Shown: piece after piece, positions 1 through 11,832 of the stretch | Numbering within the stretch: position 1 is the first letter of the stretch | How the letters are laid out: every line of letters begins with the position of its first letter | Source of the DNA: Azolla caroliniana | Lineage: Eukaryota > Plantae > Polypodiophyta | Direction: 5' to 3' | DNA length: 64,000 nucleotides | NCBI GenBank assembly: GCA_043228905.1 | Contig: JBHGNT010000005.1 | Location: 18,228,001 to 18,292,000 of the forward strand | Position numbers and translations under genes: made by a program | The notes under the pieces: generated by a model | What the model saw: the letters and a program-made list of their open reading frames with translations, nothing else | What the model was told of the DNA's origin: nothing | Database searches by the model: none

Positions 1-826
1 CCGTAGAGGCTTTTCTTCAGTCGACATACGAGGTGATTTTCCTCCCCCGTCGCCGTGAAGCCTGCTGGTTGAGACATGTAGATGTCTTCTTCTAGATCTC
101 TGTGTAGGAATGCGGTCTTTACATCCAACTGTTCTTTCTCTAGGTCTTCTGTCGCCACAACTCCTAGTAAGAGTCGGAGGGTGGTCATCTTGACTACTGG
201 TGAGAATATCTCGTTGTAATCGACCCTGTGTTCTTGTTTGAACCCTTTCGCGACAAGCCGAGCTTTCTACTTGGGTTTCTCTGAGTTAGATACATATTTG
301 TATCGGAAAACCCATTTGCAAGGTAGCAGCTTCTAGCTGGTAGTTCGATAAGCTCCCATGTCTTATTCTTATGAATCGAGTCCATTTCAGATTTCATGGC
401 TTGTAGCCATGTATCGGCGCCCGTTGTGGCCATAACTTCTTCATAAGTGCTTGGTTTGAATGCATCGGTGTAGTTGACGTAGTCGAGGTCAGGTTGGTAG
501 AACTCTATATGCCTTTGAGCTTGTCCAGATCTCCTGGTTGCCAAGATAAATGGCTCGAATTCTTCGATTGGCTCTGTTGGTTGATCTTTATTTGTTGAAC
601 CATTTGTGTCAGGAGTCTTGTTAGGTGACACGCCCCCAAGTCGGGCTTTCAGTGGTGTCATGTTGTCCTCCCGTATGGACTTTGTCGACTCGGTTCTGTT
701 TCTTACTCGCATCTTATTGACTTTGCCTTCTTCGACTCTTGTCGAATCGGTTCTATCTTTGATGGCTTTGTCTTCGAGTTCGACTAGTGGACTTCCTACC
801 GATTCGGAGTTGGCAGGTATGTTGTT
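1..826 (-). mobile_element. Ty1/copia pol fragment (RT N-terminus and linker), degenerate
   Basis: PSTYEE...WLQAMKSEMDSIHKNKTWELIELP, then a frameshifted ARLVAKGF.Q..VDY.EIFSPVVKMTT region. Same family as 57300-60780. Cut by the LTR at 827. Confidence 0.9.
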
Positions 827-1130
827 TGTTGAGTGAGCAAGCTCAACTGGATCCAGATCGGTATCCGGAACGGAGAATCGGATCGGTGTCTGGATGATAT
901 CCAGAACCAAGAGCCGGATCGGATTGAAACCGGTAGGCCGTTAGAGGCCTACGTATCCAGCCTAGTACGTAGGCATATTTTTGGGAGTCAGTGATAGTCG
1001 CACATATGAGCATTGAAGTACTTGTCAATACTTCTGTCAGTCCTTTATGGACTTGTATAAAAGTGCTCTTTGAGCATACTCTATGTATAGAGTTATAGAG
1101 TGTTATTTTTCTTGAATAGAGTTTTATGTT

Positions 1131-1165
<35 letters not shown>

Positions 1166-1272
1166 GGTGTATGCTTATTCTCTGTGTTAAGCTTCCATTA
1201 AACCTTCTTCTCTTTATTGTTATTATCTGGCAGACCCGGTTTGGCATACGCTTCCGCACGCTAACTTTGACA
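827..1272 (+). repeat. 5' LTR of copia A, contains a (CT)n tract
   Basis: TGTTGAG...TTGACA; homologous to 29967-30399; followed directly by the PBS. Confidence 0.8.
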
Positions 1273-1284
1273 TGGTATAAGAGC
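1273..1284 (+). other. PBS (tRNA-iMet type)
   Basis: TGGTATAAGAGC, one mismatch from TGGTATCAGAGC. Confidence 0.85.
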
Positions 1285-2955
1285 GTGAGGGTTGAGAACC
1301 TCTGCAGCCGACGAGCGACTAGTGAAGACAAACCCTAACACCTGGTGAAGAACAGAAGAGAATCTAAAATGGACAAAGGAATGACAAGTTTACTTCCGAT
1401 AGAAAAGCTCGACTGGAGTAACTATGCATCTTGGTCATATAAAATGCACCAGTACCTGCTGGGGCATGGATATTGGAGCTATGTTGAAGGAACAAAGGAG
1501 GTAGCACCGACGCCGGCACACAAAGACTTCCCGGCATGGGAGCAAGGAGCAAGCCACGATCAGATGCTCGACTACATCAAGGATGCAAAAACACCAAAGA
1601 AGGCCTGGGAAAATCTTCAGAAGATTTTCGACGTGAGTACCACATCCCGTAAGTTGCAGCTCCGATAGGAGCTGAACAACATCCGGCAAAGAGATATGTC
1701 CGTTATGGACTACACCACTAAGATAAAGGAGATTTGTGACATGCTCGGGTTCATCAATGTGACGGTGGACGAAGACGAGATGGTCCAGATTTGTCTCGAT
1801 GGTCTAGCACAACGGTACGGGTCAATCCAGACGGTAATTTTCACCAAGGAGAAACCACTGTCCTTCTTCGACTTACAATCAATGTTGATGGTGGAAGAAA
1901 ACCATGCGAGTAGGTCGATGACCACTCAATCAGAGAGCTGGATGTTGTACACGGAGGCGAATTTATCCCGTGGGCGTGGAGGACGAGGTGGGTCAGCACG
2001 CAATGGAGGCGGCTTGCAAGAGCAAAACCAAAGGCACAGAGACAGTGCCGACAACAGTTCCGGACCCTCCACAAGTAGGGGGAGTCACGCTAGTGCCAGA
2101 AATTGGCAAGGAAAGGCCGACACAGAATGCTGGTACTGTGGCAAGAAAGGCCATAGAGAAAGCGAGTGTTGGAGGAAGCACGCCGATTCGGATAAATCCA
2201 GATCCGGCAAGACCGGACAGGGAAACCGGCAAAACTTGCACTACGCAGAAGGATTGGAAGGATTCGGAAGACCGGAAAGGGGCCAGCCTTTGTGATGAAG
2301 CACAAGTCAAACTTGATGAAGAAGACCGACCACTTCCAGACCGGAGGAGGTGTGGTACGTTGATTCCAAAGCATCTAACTAAATGATGAGCCATGAAGAG
2401 TGGTTCTCGTTTTTAGAAAAACCGGAACAAACGGGGATTGTCAAAACCGAAGACGACACCCCTCACCCAATTGTGCATGTTGAAGAAGTTCCTTTAAGCC
2501 ATGTCGGACAAAAGGGAAAGCTGATGAACGTATTACACATTCCGAGTATCACAAAGAACCTGATATCGGTCGGACAAATAGTCGACCAGGGAATGCATGT
2601 GCAGTTTACGCACCTCAGGTGCTTCATCGAGGAAGAAGGCTGGATAATTCTGCAAGGTGCAGAGAAGGGAGGATGTTCATCCTCAACACAAATGACGTCG
2701 ACACCGCCATGTTTGCAAAAGGATAGAAGATTGAATTGGACATCGATCTCTGGCATAAGCGGATCGGCCATGTCAACTACCAGGGCTTCACGATCTACAA
2801 TTGAAACAAGTTGTGTTCGGATTGCCAAAGTTTAGTGGCCGGAAGGCCCAAATATGTGAAGCCTGCCAACTCAGGAAGCAACGCCGGCTTCCATTCCCCA
2901 CCGAACGAAACTAGAGTTGTAACAAGCTTGACCTAATCCATTCGGATGTATGGGG

Positions 2956-3525
2956 TGTTAGGATTTTGGTCCCTAAGGATGGGATATGAGTACTTGGCAA
3001 ATAAGACCCGGTGAGAACCGGATGATGCAGGCCCGGTGAGAACCTCTCACCGGATGAAGGGACATATAGATAAATATGTTTCTGAGAGCCCGTTGGGGCT
3101 ATACTTGTAAATAGTCCTAATGCCATATTAGTACAAATATGACCTATGGCAAACATTGATAGTGTTGTTGGATATTTTTTCATTGAGTTGTTGTTGTAAC
3201 TATTGTACAGAGCGTAACATAGAGAGAGAGAGACACAGAGTGATTCTCTACTGTAATCGCCGCCAGGCGAAGAGTGTGAGCACGAGGTTGTTGCCTCTGT
3301 GCCCCATGTTGTATTCTTTGATATAGTGATAGTTTGGAGTGTGTGGGCTCCCGTGGTTTTTCCCTCTCAGGGTTTTCCACGTTAACATCTCGTGTACTCT
3401 CCTATTTACAGTTTCTTTGTGTATACGCGCATCTACCTCCACATTCCCATTTCTGTGTTTGTAATTCTCAAAGAAGTGATTGAAGACTCGGTTGTGGCCG
3501 AGCATTATTCCGCATATTCTCTTCA
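2956..3525 (+). mobile_element. Solo LTR related to the copia D LTR family
   Basis: TG..CA ends with 5-bp TSD TGGGG (2951-2955 and 3526-3530). Interrupts the SDVWG|PAEN integrase motif. Shares CCGG-rich blocks with the reverse complement of 37620-38389. Confidence 0.88.
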
Positions 3526-6177
3526 TGGGGACCGGCAGAAAATGTTAGTCTTGGCGGGAGTTGGTATTTCGTCTCCTTCATCGACGACTACAACCGGCAC
3601 ACGTGGATCTACCTCATCGGGAAGAAAAGCGAAGTCTACGACTCTTTCCAGAACCTTCAAAGCTTAGTCGAAAAGGAAACAAAAAGGAAGATCAAGTGCC
3701 AATTCAACTGTTATATGCAGCAAAACGGAATTCGGAGAGAATTCAGTTGCCGATACACAGCGGAACAAAACGGTGTGGCGAGAGAAAGAATCGGTCAATT
3801 GTCGACATGGCAAGGGTAATACTAAAGGAGAAGAGCATGCCCAAATTCTACTGGGTTGAGGCAGTCCGGATGGCCGTCTACATCCAAAACTGAATCGGGG
3901 ACAAGGTGTCAACACATGAGCTGTATTTCGGGCAGAAGCCGAATTTGAGACACCTTCGGATATTCGGTATCATAGCATATGTGCATGTACCAGATGAGAA
4001 GCGGAGGAAGCTGGATCCGAAATCGGAGAAATGCATACTTGTCGGCTACTCACATGAACAGAAGGGGTATAAGTGTTATAACCCCCGAACTAAACAAGTA
4101 CAAGTAAGTTGAGATGTCAAGTTTGATGAGTCGGCATCATGGTACTCCCTACTAACTGCAACTCCCGATGAAGACCCAATTCTGGAGGATGAGGCTAGTG
4201 AACCCGGAGAGGTTCAAGAAGAAGATGAAGGATTCAGTATTCTAGATGAGAGTCCGATCTCATTCTAGCTAAGTGTGCCGAATGAGCGGTTGAGTCGGAA
4301 TGACCAGTTAGATGAAGAATAAGCGAATAGTGGAGACTCTGCCGTGCTCTCCCTGCGCAAGGAACCGAGGAGATGATTCACGCACAAATAGAAGGGGAAG
4401 AAGAAGATGTCGTAATACGATACCAGCTGTGAAGGGTCGGATCGGAACAAATCTGACCCCGGAAAGGAAGAAGGCGGATCTTCAAAAAGGAAGTCCGAAC
4501 GGCCAAGAAGGGCCTCAAACCGGGTAACGAAAAGTTACGCCGATCAACCCGTCAAAAAAAACCCGTCATGAGGTAAGGATAAAATGAGTACATGGTGCAT
4601 CACTATGCGTACATGACTAAGGTGGCGGAAGTGCGTGAGCCGGAGAGATACGCAGAAGCATCAAAAGACGCACATTGGTGTGTTGCTATGGAGGAAGAAA
4701 TGCGGGCACTTGATGCCAACGACACATGGGACTTGGTTCACCCTCCCCGATAGTGTAAACCGATCGGTTGAAAATGGGTATATAAGGTGAAGTACAATGC
4801 CGACGGTTCGGTCAACCGGTACAAGGCCCGGTTAATGGCAAAGAGATACACACAGACCCACGGAATAGACTACAATGAGACCTTCGCTCCAGTAGCGAAG
4901 ATGATGACGGTTCGTGTGGTACTGGCTGTTGCTGCGGCAAGGGGATGACATCTTCACCAAATGGACGTGAAGAATGCATTGCTTCAAGGTGACCTTGAAG
5001 AACAGGTCTATATGATCCAACCCCTCGGTTTCCAATCAGAGATGAATAAGTCGGTAGTGTGTCGACTCAAGAAGTCGCTTTACATTCTGAAGCAAACCCC
5101 CCTGTGCTTGGAATGCGAAGATCACGCATCGGTTGCGTAAGATGGGGTTTGTGGCCTCAAAGTTCGACTCGTCACTATTCATCCGAAAAGAACCGGACGG
5201 TCCAATCTGTATCCTGCTATATGTTGATGATTTAGTCATCACTGGATCCGAACTATATGAAATCGGTAGAGTGAAGTCCCAGTTGTTGGACGCATTTGAA
5301 ATGAAGGACCTAGGGGACCTTCATTATTTTCTTGGGATCGAGGTGATCCGAACCCCCGATGGCATATTTCTCTCACAAAGACACTATGTGCTGAATGTGT
5401 TGTACAAGTTCGGCACGACGGAATGCCGACCAATCTCCACACCCCTGGACTGGAACGTTGTCGTGAAGAAAACCGCCCGCGAGAGGAATCGGAGGAACGA
5501 GGCGTGGGAAACGGCTCTACACACACACGCGCGCCAAGAAGTACCTAAGGACGAAGTAGGTACATACGGGGATCCTAGGTGGGAAGATTCGGTTGGTATG
5601 CAGTTAATGCCAAACGGCCTCTTGACGGGCTATAAAAGGAAGAGGAAGAATAGAAGTCGATCATCTCCCGCGGAGAGGACGAAGTGCTGCCGAACCGATT
5701 TCGGAGCTTCTCTCTCACTCCTGCTCTCTCTGTCTTCCGCTCCATCGCGTACCTATGCAGGTTTCGAGGAGGCTTGCGCTGTTCCGTGGAACGCCCCGAG
5801 TGCGTCCTGCAGCACCTCCGACCTGTTTTCCCCTTTCTGTGCGTCGCGACATACAGGGGTCGGCAGCTGTTCGCCGCCCTGTTCGTTTTCGTTAGTATCT
5901 ATTTTGTGCCCCACTGTGGGTTGTAATGCTTTAGCTTGTTATTTTCTTGCATTCTTAAGTACATATCTCTTGTTGTCTCGTCCATCTGCGTCGGCGTTTA
6001 ATTGTGATCTCTGTTTGTTGGGCCGTGTCCCTGTGCGATTGTCGGTTCCGCGCGATCGGATCTTCGGTTCTGTGTAACCGGGTCTCTCTCTTACCTCTCT
6101 CTCTCTTGCTCTTCGGTTCGAGACCCCCGTGGTCCCTCCTCCTTTCTACACGCAAGGGCGTAGCAAACCTGACATCT

Positions 6178-6195
6178 TGGTGAACCCGACGTGAA
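6178..6195 (+). other. PBS complementary to tRNA-Trp
   Basis: TGGTGAACCCGACGTGAA is the reverse complement of the plant tRNA-Trp 3' end as recalled (…TTCACGTCGGGTTCACCA). The same PBS occurs at 34314-34331. Confidence 0.8.
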
Positions 6196-8344
6196 AGAGG
6201 CGGCAGAAGAGCAGGAAATGAAGGGGGCGGATCTTGCAGAAGCCATGGCTTCGGCCGTGGATCGGATAGTAAGCGCGCGCGAGGGCACCGGCGCCCTCGA
6301 TAGAGCTATTGAGGCGGTCGTCGGAACGATCGGTCGATTCACCGGAAAGGATGCCACGAAGTACCTGGCGTCCTACGGTGCGGAAATGTTAATGCGGGAC
6401 ATTCCGGAAGACAGGCGTCTGGCCGGTTTTCCCCGAGTGGCGATGCCGAGCATCCACGCGGAGGTGCTCGAGGTGCGGGCGGAGAGCCGTACCTGGGAGG
6501 AGTTCGAGGGTCGGCTCCTGGAAAAATACGGACTGGACGACGCGCTCCGGCTTTCGAAGCGAAGCTTCATGGAGTGGGTGGAGTCTCCCGGGAAAGGAAG
6601 GAATGCGTCGGCACTCCTCCGGGAGTTCGAGGAGAACTTCGCGCGCCTTTCGGCGCTTGACAGGATGGTCCTGGATACAAGCCGGGTCCTGCTGTTCGTC
6701 AAATCGGTTGACGAGAGGGATCGGAGTCACGTGGGCGCCCTGCTAGAAACCGAAGACGGGCTGACGGCCGACTGGGCGGCGGTCAAGAGAGCCTGCGGCC
6801 GTTTCGACAAACGGCGAGAATGGGAGGATGACAGAGCAACCGGGTCGGGCTCAGTCGCGGCGAGGAAACTCGAGCCGGGGCAGCCGGTGCGAAGGGAAGA
6901 GACTCGGGAGTGGCTGGAATCCGGTTCAGCTCCGACCGGCGTGATGAGAGGCTCGACTGGAGGGGCTGCGTTGGAGGAACTGACGAGGGCGATAAAAGAC
7001 CTCCAAATCGCACAAGCCCGCAGAGAAGGCGGAGGTCCTGCTCGTGACCGACGGCCGGCGGCAGGGAACAGGTGCATGTGGTGCGATGAAGTCGGCCACA
7101 TTCGGAAGGACTGCGGCGACTTCGCGGAGGCGCTGAGGGACAGGGTGGTGTACCTGTGGGAAGGACGGGTGCATGCCAGCGACACCCGAAGGGCCCTGAG
7201 CCGGAACGACGGAAGAGGTGGTATGAAAAGGGTGATGGAAGAGGCGGCGGCCCGACACGCGGAAACCGTCCACTACTCGGCGTCGGCCGGCATTCGAGTC
7301 GGGGGCGGCGAGGCCCGAAAGGAAAGCAAAGCCGGATTCTGGCCGACGATGCTGGAAGGCCTTGCCGGTGCCGGGCTTAAAAGGGAGGAATCGGACCGTG
7401 CGGAGAAACGGGTACGGGAGATGACCGGGTGGAGCGACCCGGTCGAGGAAAAGACGGGCTTCGTGGAAGCCGCTTGCCGGAACTACGAGGCTCTGGTAGA
7501 AGAGAAGCGGGTGGGGAAACCCGGGACGACCGGGCCCTCACAACGATACGAGACCCGGTCCGGGCCACGACGGGACGAAGCCGGCGGGGCCGGTACGCAA
7601 GATAAACCCCAGAAGGGCGGGTACCGTCTGGGGACAGAGATAGAAAGAACCACGGACTTACGAAAGGTCCTGGAGGAACGGATCCTCGACAGCAAGGTGG
7701 AGCTGTCGCTACGGGAGGTGCTGGGAATCGCCAAGAAGGAGTTCCACGACTCCATCGTGGACTTGGTGAAACGGAAGAGGCTGTCAACGGAGACAGAACC
7801 GGAAAGACCGGTGGGAGTGCGGGCGACGCACCTGGACGACATGGCGCTGGAAGACGAGTGGGCGGAGAGCCACTATTCGCGGCCACACTGGGCCCGAGCG
7901 ACCACGGAAACCCCGGTAAAGATCGGCGATGTCCAGGAACCGGTAGTAGCTTTGGTGGACCACGGATCGGAAATCAACCTGATGTCCATGGACTTCTATA
8001 AGAAGGGCAAATGGCCGATCAACACCAAGCACGGGTGGAAGATAAGGGCGGCGACGCGCGCCACCGAGGAACTTCACGGGGCTTGCCCGAATGTACGGGT
8101 CAAGATCGGCGATGTCGAGATAGACCAGCACTTCTTCGTGCAGGAGTCGTCATCGCACCCCGTCATACTGGGAGAGCCGTACATCACGGCGGCTCGAATG
8201 GAGACCAAGGTGCTGGACAACGGTTCGGCCTATGCGCGGGTCAAGAGCCAGGACGGGCGCCATTCGGTCCAGTTTTTGACGGTTAGGCCGAACCACGAGC
8301 GTAACCGCGACTCCCTCGGTTCCGATAACCGAGAGGATTTTTAG
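6191..8344 (+). CDS. gag: Gag-protease of gypsy A (first ATG at 6218)
   Basis: 717-aa ORF with CMWCDEVGHIRKDC zinc knuckle, aspartic protease LVDHGSEIN and ILGEPY. Confidence 0.92.
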   Translation: MKEAAEEQEMKGADLAEAMASAVDRIVSAREGTGALDRAIEAVVGTIGRFTGKDATKYLASYGAEMLMRDIPEDRRLAGFPRVAMPSIHAEVLEVRAESRTWEEFEGRLLEKYGLDDALRLSKRSFMEWVESPGKGRNASALLREFEENFARLSALDRMVLDTSRVLLFVKSVDERDRSHVGALLETEDGLTADWAAVKRACGRFDKRREWEDDRATGSGSVAARKLEPGQPVRREETREWLESGSAPTGVMRGSTGGAALEELTRAIKDLQIAQARREGGGPARDRRPAAGNRCMWCDEVGHIRKDCGDFAEALRDRVVYLWEGRVHASDTRRALSRNDGRGGMKRVMEEAAARHAETVHYSASAGIRVGGGEARKESKAGFWPTMLEGLAGAGLKREESDRAEKRVREMTGWSDPVEEKTGFVEAACRNYEALVEEKRVGKPGTTGPSQRYETRSGPRRDEAGGAGTQDKPQKGGYRLGTEIERTTDLRKVLEERILDSKVELSLREVLGIAKKEFHDSIVDLVKRKRLSTETEPERPVGVRATHLDDMALEDEWAESHYSRPHWARATTETPVKIGDVQEPVVALVDHGSEINLMSMDFYKKGKWPINTKHGWKIRAATRATEELHGACPNVRVKIGDVEIDQHFFVQESSSHPVILGEPYITAARMETKVLDNGSAYARVKSQDGRHSVQFLTVRPNHERNRDSLGSDNREDF

Positions 8345-11300
8345 AGAGGGCTGCCAAGGCGTGGGGCCGCGACAGTCCGGACACCCCGGGAAAACCCCAC
8401 ACCTGTACGATAAAACCGAAGAAACCTTGTACCATAGGTAGGGAATTTTTGTTCTCCGACAGCGGAGCGTGTACGATAGTCGGCATCGGCGGCCGAGAGA
8501 AGACGAAGGCGGAGGGGAGACTTCGAGCGTGCGGAGTTCTCGGCCCGGACGAGGGAATCAACGGAGCCGTGGAGGCGGTCTCATTCGACGACACCTTGGG
8601 GATGCTGGGAAAGGTAGTCGAAGAAGGCCTTAACGAAGACCGGACGATACCGGTGTGTTCCGAGGAGATGTACGAAGTCATCGCGGACTTCGGTCGAGGG
8701 CTCGAGTCAGTTCGGACGGCCCACGTAAGCGCCAAGTACAAGACTGTGGACCGGAAGGTAAGGCCAGTCGCGGCACCCTTACCGGAGGACAGCGCGTCGA
8801 GAATCAAAGGGGTTGCATCGGACCCTAGTCTACGAGATCCGGCCTGCATAGGGCACACCTTCACCGACGAGACGCTCCGGGAGCTCAAAATCGGTGGGGG
8901 CGGGTTCCTACTGCCGGCGGAGGAAGACCGGTTTCGGAGAATGCTCGGAAGGCACGGGAAAGCCTTCGCATTCTCGCCGGAGGAAATCGGGTGCGTTAAC
9001 CCGACGATCGTGGAGCCGATGGTGATATTCACGGTACCGCATGTACCATGGAATCTCAAGCCAATCCCGGTGCCGAGAGCTCACATCCCGAAGTTGATGG
9101 AGCTGCTGAGGCAGAAAGTTGATATGGGGATTCTCGAGCCGTCGAGCGCCCCATATTCGAATCGATGGTTTACCGTACCGAAGAAAAACGGTTCGTTGCG
9201 CTTCATCCAGGACCTGCAGCCGGTCAATCGAGTGACCATTCGGAACGCAGGGATCGGACCGACCATAGACGAGTTCGCGGAGGCCTTCGCCGGAAGGTCA
9301 ATTTACTCGGTCGGGGATCTATACTCAGGGTACGACCAGTTCCAGCTAGCCGTGGAGAGCAGAGACATTACGACGATGCGAACTCCCCTCGGCCTAGTTC
9401 GGATGTGTACACTGCCGCAAGGAGGGACCAACTCGGTGGCCCACATGGTGAATGCGATGAACAAGGTTCTGAGGGACTGTATCCCGGACATCACCATGCC
9501 GTTTCTGGACGACATCCCGATCAAGGGAAGCCCGGTGGAAGAAAAGGACGAGACGATCGGGCCGGACGGATGCCGGCGATTCGTGGCGACGCACATCGAC
9601 GACTGCGAGAAGGTGCTGCAAAGGCTAGAGGATGCGAGACTCACCTTCTCCGGGGAGAAGTCGGCCTTCGGGCAGTCAGAAATCATGGTGGTCGGACACC
9701 TGTGCGGACCATATGGCCGGAAGCCGTCTCCGGCAAAGGTAGAAGCCATCTCCGCGATGAAGCCCGACTGCAGCTCGGTCACGGAAGTACGGAGATTCCT
9801 GGGGGCATGCGCGTTCTACCACATATGGATCCCGCATTACGCACACCTCGCGGAGCCACTGTACGGGTTGCTGAAAAAGGGGCGAAGGTTCGAATGGCTA
9901 GACGAGCACGCGGAATCGGTCCGGAAGCTGAAAGAGGCCCTTGCAGCGGCACCGGCACTCCGGAAGGCGATATACGGGAAGGGTACCCCGGTATTCATAA
10001 CGGTGGATACCAGTCCGACCGGGATCGGATGGGTCGTGAACCAGGAAGACGAGGACGGCAATCGGTTTCCGATCCGATTCGGCGCGAAAGTCCTCAGTAA
10101 ACGGCAACGAGGATACGCCCAGGTTAAACGCGAACTCTGGGGTATTGTTTCGGCGGTTAAGGTCGACAAAGACTACCTGATAGGGACAGAAGTGATCATC
10201 GAGACGGATTGCCTGCCGATTCTCGGTATGGTTTCCGGATGCGCGACTCCGGACCTGGCGATGCTCAGGTGGATAGCGTACATCAAGTCCCTGGACCCGG
10301 AAATACGACACGTTTCCGGGAAAGACAACGCCATGGCCGACATGCTTTCGAGGGCGAGGTTCGACGACGAGGGCGGCATGGTTTCGGAAGACGAAGAAGT
10401 CGGCGTGGATTTCTTCGAGGCGGCATACGTAACGACCGACGGGATGAGCACTCCGGCGCTTAACGAGTTCGACGTGAGCAAGTACAACGGGGAGTGGCTG
10501 CAGATCGGCGGGTTTTTGAAGACAATGACGCCCGATGCGTCATGGACGAAGGACGAGGCCAACCGGATCCGGAAGAAAGCATATCGATTCTTTCTCCGGG
10601 ATGGCTATCTGTGGAAACACCCGAAGAAGAGGGACGGCGCTCCGCTCCGGGTGGTGGCAATGAAGGAAGAACAGGAGGAGCTGCTGACGGCCTACCACGA
10701 CAGCCCTTGGGGTGGACACCGTGGAACGTGGGCGACGTTTGAGAAGCTGAAGGGGAAGTACTGGTGGCCGGGATTGTACCGGGACGTGCATCGGTTCGTG
10801 TCAACTTGCGAGAGTTGTCAGATGCACTCGATAGTCCGACACCGGGACGGGCTTCACCCTACGTACCCTCCGACTATCCACTTCAAATGGATGGTAGATC
10901 TGGTGACGATGCCGATGGGGGTAGGACAGATGCGGTATCTGGTGCTAGCGCGGGAAGACCTGACGAACCAGGTGGAAGGCCGAGCCCTTCAGAACAAGAC
11001 GACCGCGGCCGTGTGTCGGTTCCTGATCGAGGACGTGATATGCCGGTACGGGTGCGTCGGAAAGGTCGTGGCTGACCGAGGGGAGTTGGACGCCGAGGAA
11101 GCCGCGGAGCTGTTCGATCGGCTGGGGGTCAAACTCTCGCTCACCACTGCGTACAACCCGGAGGCGAACGGAAAGGTGGAGCGCGGACACGGGCCGATCG
11201 TTAAGGCGCTGGTTCGGGCATGCGGAGGCCAAGTCGGCAACTGGCCGCGACTTCTACCTTATGCTTTGTGGGCAGACCGGACCACACACAGTTCGGTAAC

Positions 11301-11832
11301 CGGGTACATGCCGACGGAGCTCATGTTCGGCCAGAAGCCGATCATGCCGATTGAACGGACGATCTCCTCGTGGGCAACGGTCGACTGGAGGGACGAGATG
11401 AGCCGGGAGGAGTTGTTGGCCGCACGTATACGACAGCTCGAGCGGAGACCGGAGGACGTGGCACTGGCTACGGAGAAGCTCCGGGTGGCGAGGACAAAGA
11501 ACAAAGCCCGGTTCGACCGAACGCACCGGCTACGACCGAAGAAAATCGACGAAGGTGACTGGGTGCTCGTCTACGACAGCAGCCTCGACAACCAGCACCG
11601 AGCAACGCGAAAGTTCGCACGGAGATGGTTCGGGCCGTACACGGTACAGAGCGCCAACGACAACGGGACGTATCATCTGGCGGAGCTCGACGGTACGAGA
11701 ATAGCGATACCCGTGGCCGGGAAGAGGATCAAAGCTTTCAAGAAGCGGCACGACGACGAACCCGACCCGATTCTCCTGGACAGCAGCGACGACCGATCCG
11801 AGGCCGAGGAAGGGCCGGCAGGCGAAGAGTAA
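8341..11832 (+). CDS. pol: Pol (RT-RNaseH-integrase) of gypsy A, in the -1 frame relative to gag
   Basis: Frame open from 8341. Motifs DLYSGYDQ, LPQG, FLDD, RNaseH VDTS/RELWG, HHCC, DDE integrase and WFGPY. No chromodomain. Confidence 0.95.
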   Translation, partial: LERAAKAWGRDSPDTPGKPHTCTIKPKKPCTIGREFLFSDSGACTIVGIGGREKTKAEGRLRACGVLGPDEGINGAVEAVSFDDTLGMLGKVVEEGLNEDRTIPVCSEEMYEVIADFGRGLESVRTAHVSAKYKTVDRKVRPVAAPLPEDSASRIKGVASDPSLRDPACIGHTFTDETLRELKIGGGGFLLPAEEDRFRRMLGRHGKAFAFSPEEIGCVNPTIVEPMVIFTVPHVPWNLKPIPVPRAHIPKLMELLRQKVDMGILEPSSAPYSNRWFTVPKKNGSLRFIQDLQPVNRVTIRNAGIGPTIDEFAEAFAGRSIYSVGDLYSGYDQFQLAVESRDITTMRTPLGLVRMCTLPQGGTNSVAHMVNAMNKVLRDCIPDITMPFLDDIPIKGSPVEEKDETIGPDGCRRFVATHIDDCEKVLQRLEDARLTFSGEKSAFGQSEIMVVGHLCGPYGRKPSPAKVEAISAMKPDCSSVTEVRRFLGACAFYHIWIPHYAHLAEPLYGLLKKGRRFEWLDEHAESVRKLKEALAAAPALRKAIYGKGTPVFITVDTSPTGIGWVVNQEDEDGNRFPIRFGAKVLSKRQRGYAQVKRELWGIVSAVKVDKDYLIGTEVIIETDCLPILGMVSGCATPDLAMLRWIAYIKSLDPEIRHVSGKDNAMADMLSRARFDDEGGMVSEDEEVGVDFFEAAYVTTDGMSTPALNEFDVSKYNGEWLQIGGFLKTMTPDASWTKDEANRIRKKAYRFFLRDGYLWKHPKKRDGAPLRVVAMKEEQEELLTAYHDSPWGGHRGTWATFEKLKGKYWWPGLYRDVHRFVSTCESCQMHSIVRHRDGLHPTYPPTIHFKWMVDLVTMPMGVGQMRYLVLAREDLTNQVEGRALQNKTTAAVCRFLIEDVICRYGCVGKVVADRGELDAEEAAELFDRLGVKLSLTTAYNPEANGKVERGHGPIVKALVRACGGQVGNWPRLLPYALWADRTTHSSVTGYMPTELMFGQKPIMPIERTISSWATVDWRDEMSREELLAARIRQLERRPEDVALATEKLRVARTKNKARFDRTHRLRPKKIDEGDWVLVYDSSLDNQHRATRKFARRWFGPYTVQSANDNGTYHLAELDGTRIAIPVAGKRIKAFKKRHDDEPDPILLDSSDDRSEAEEGPAGEE

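Noticed and set aside
5133-6077. 314-aa ORF, and the matching ORF at 11894-12523
   Set aside because: Copia RT reading through into the gypsy LTR; no protein signature in the LTR part.
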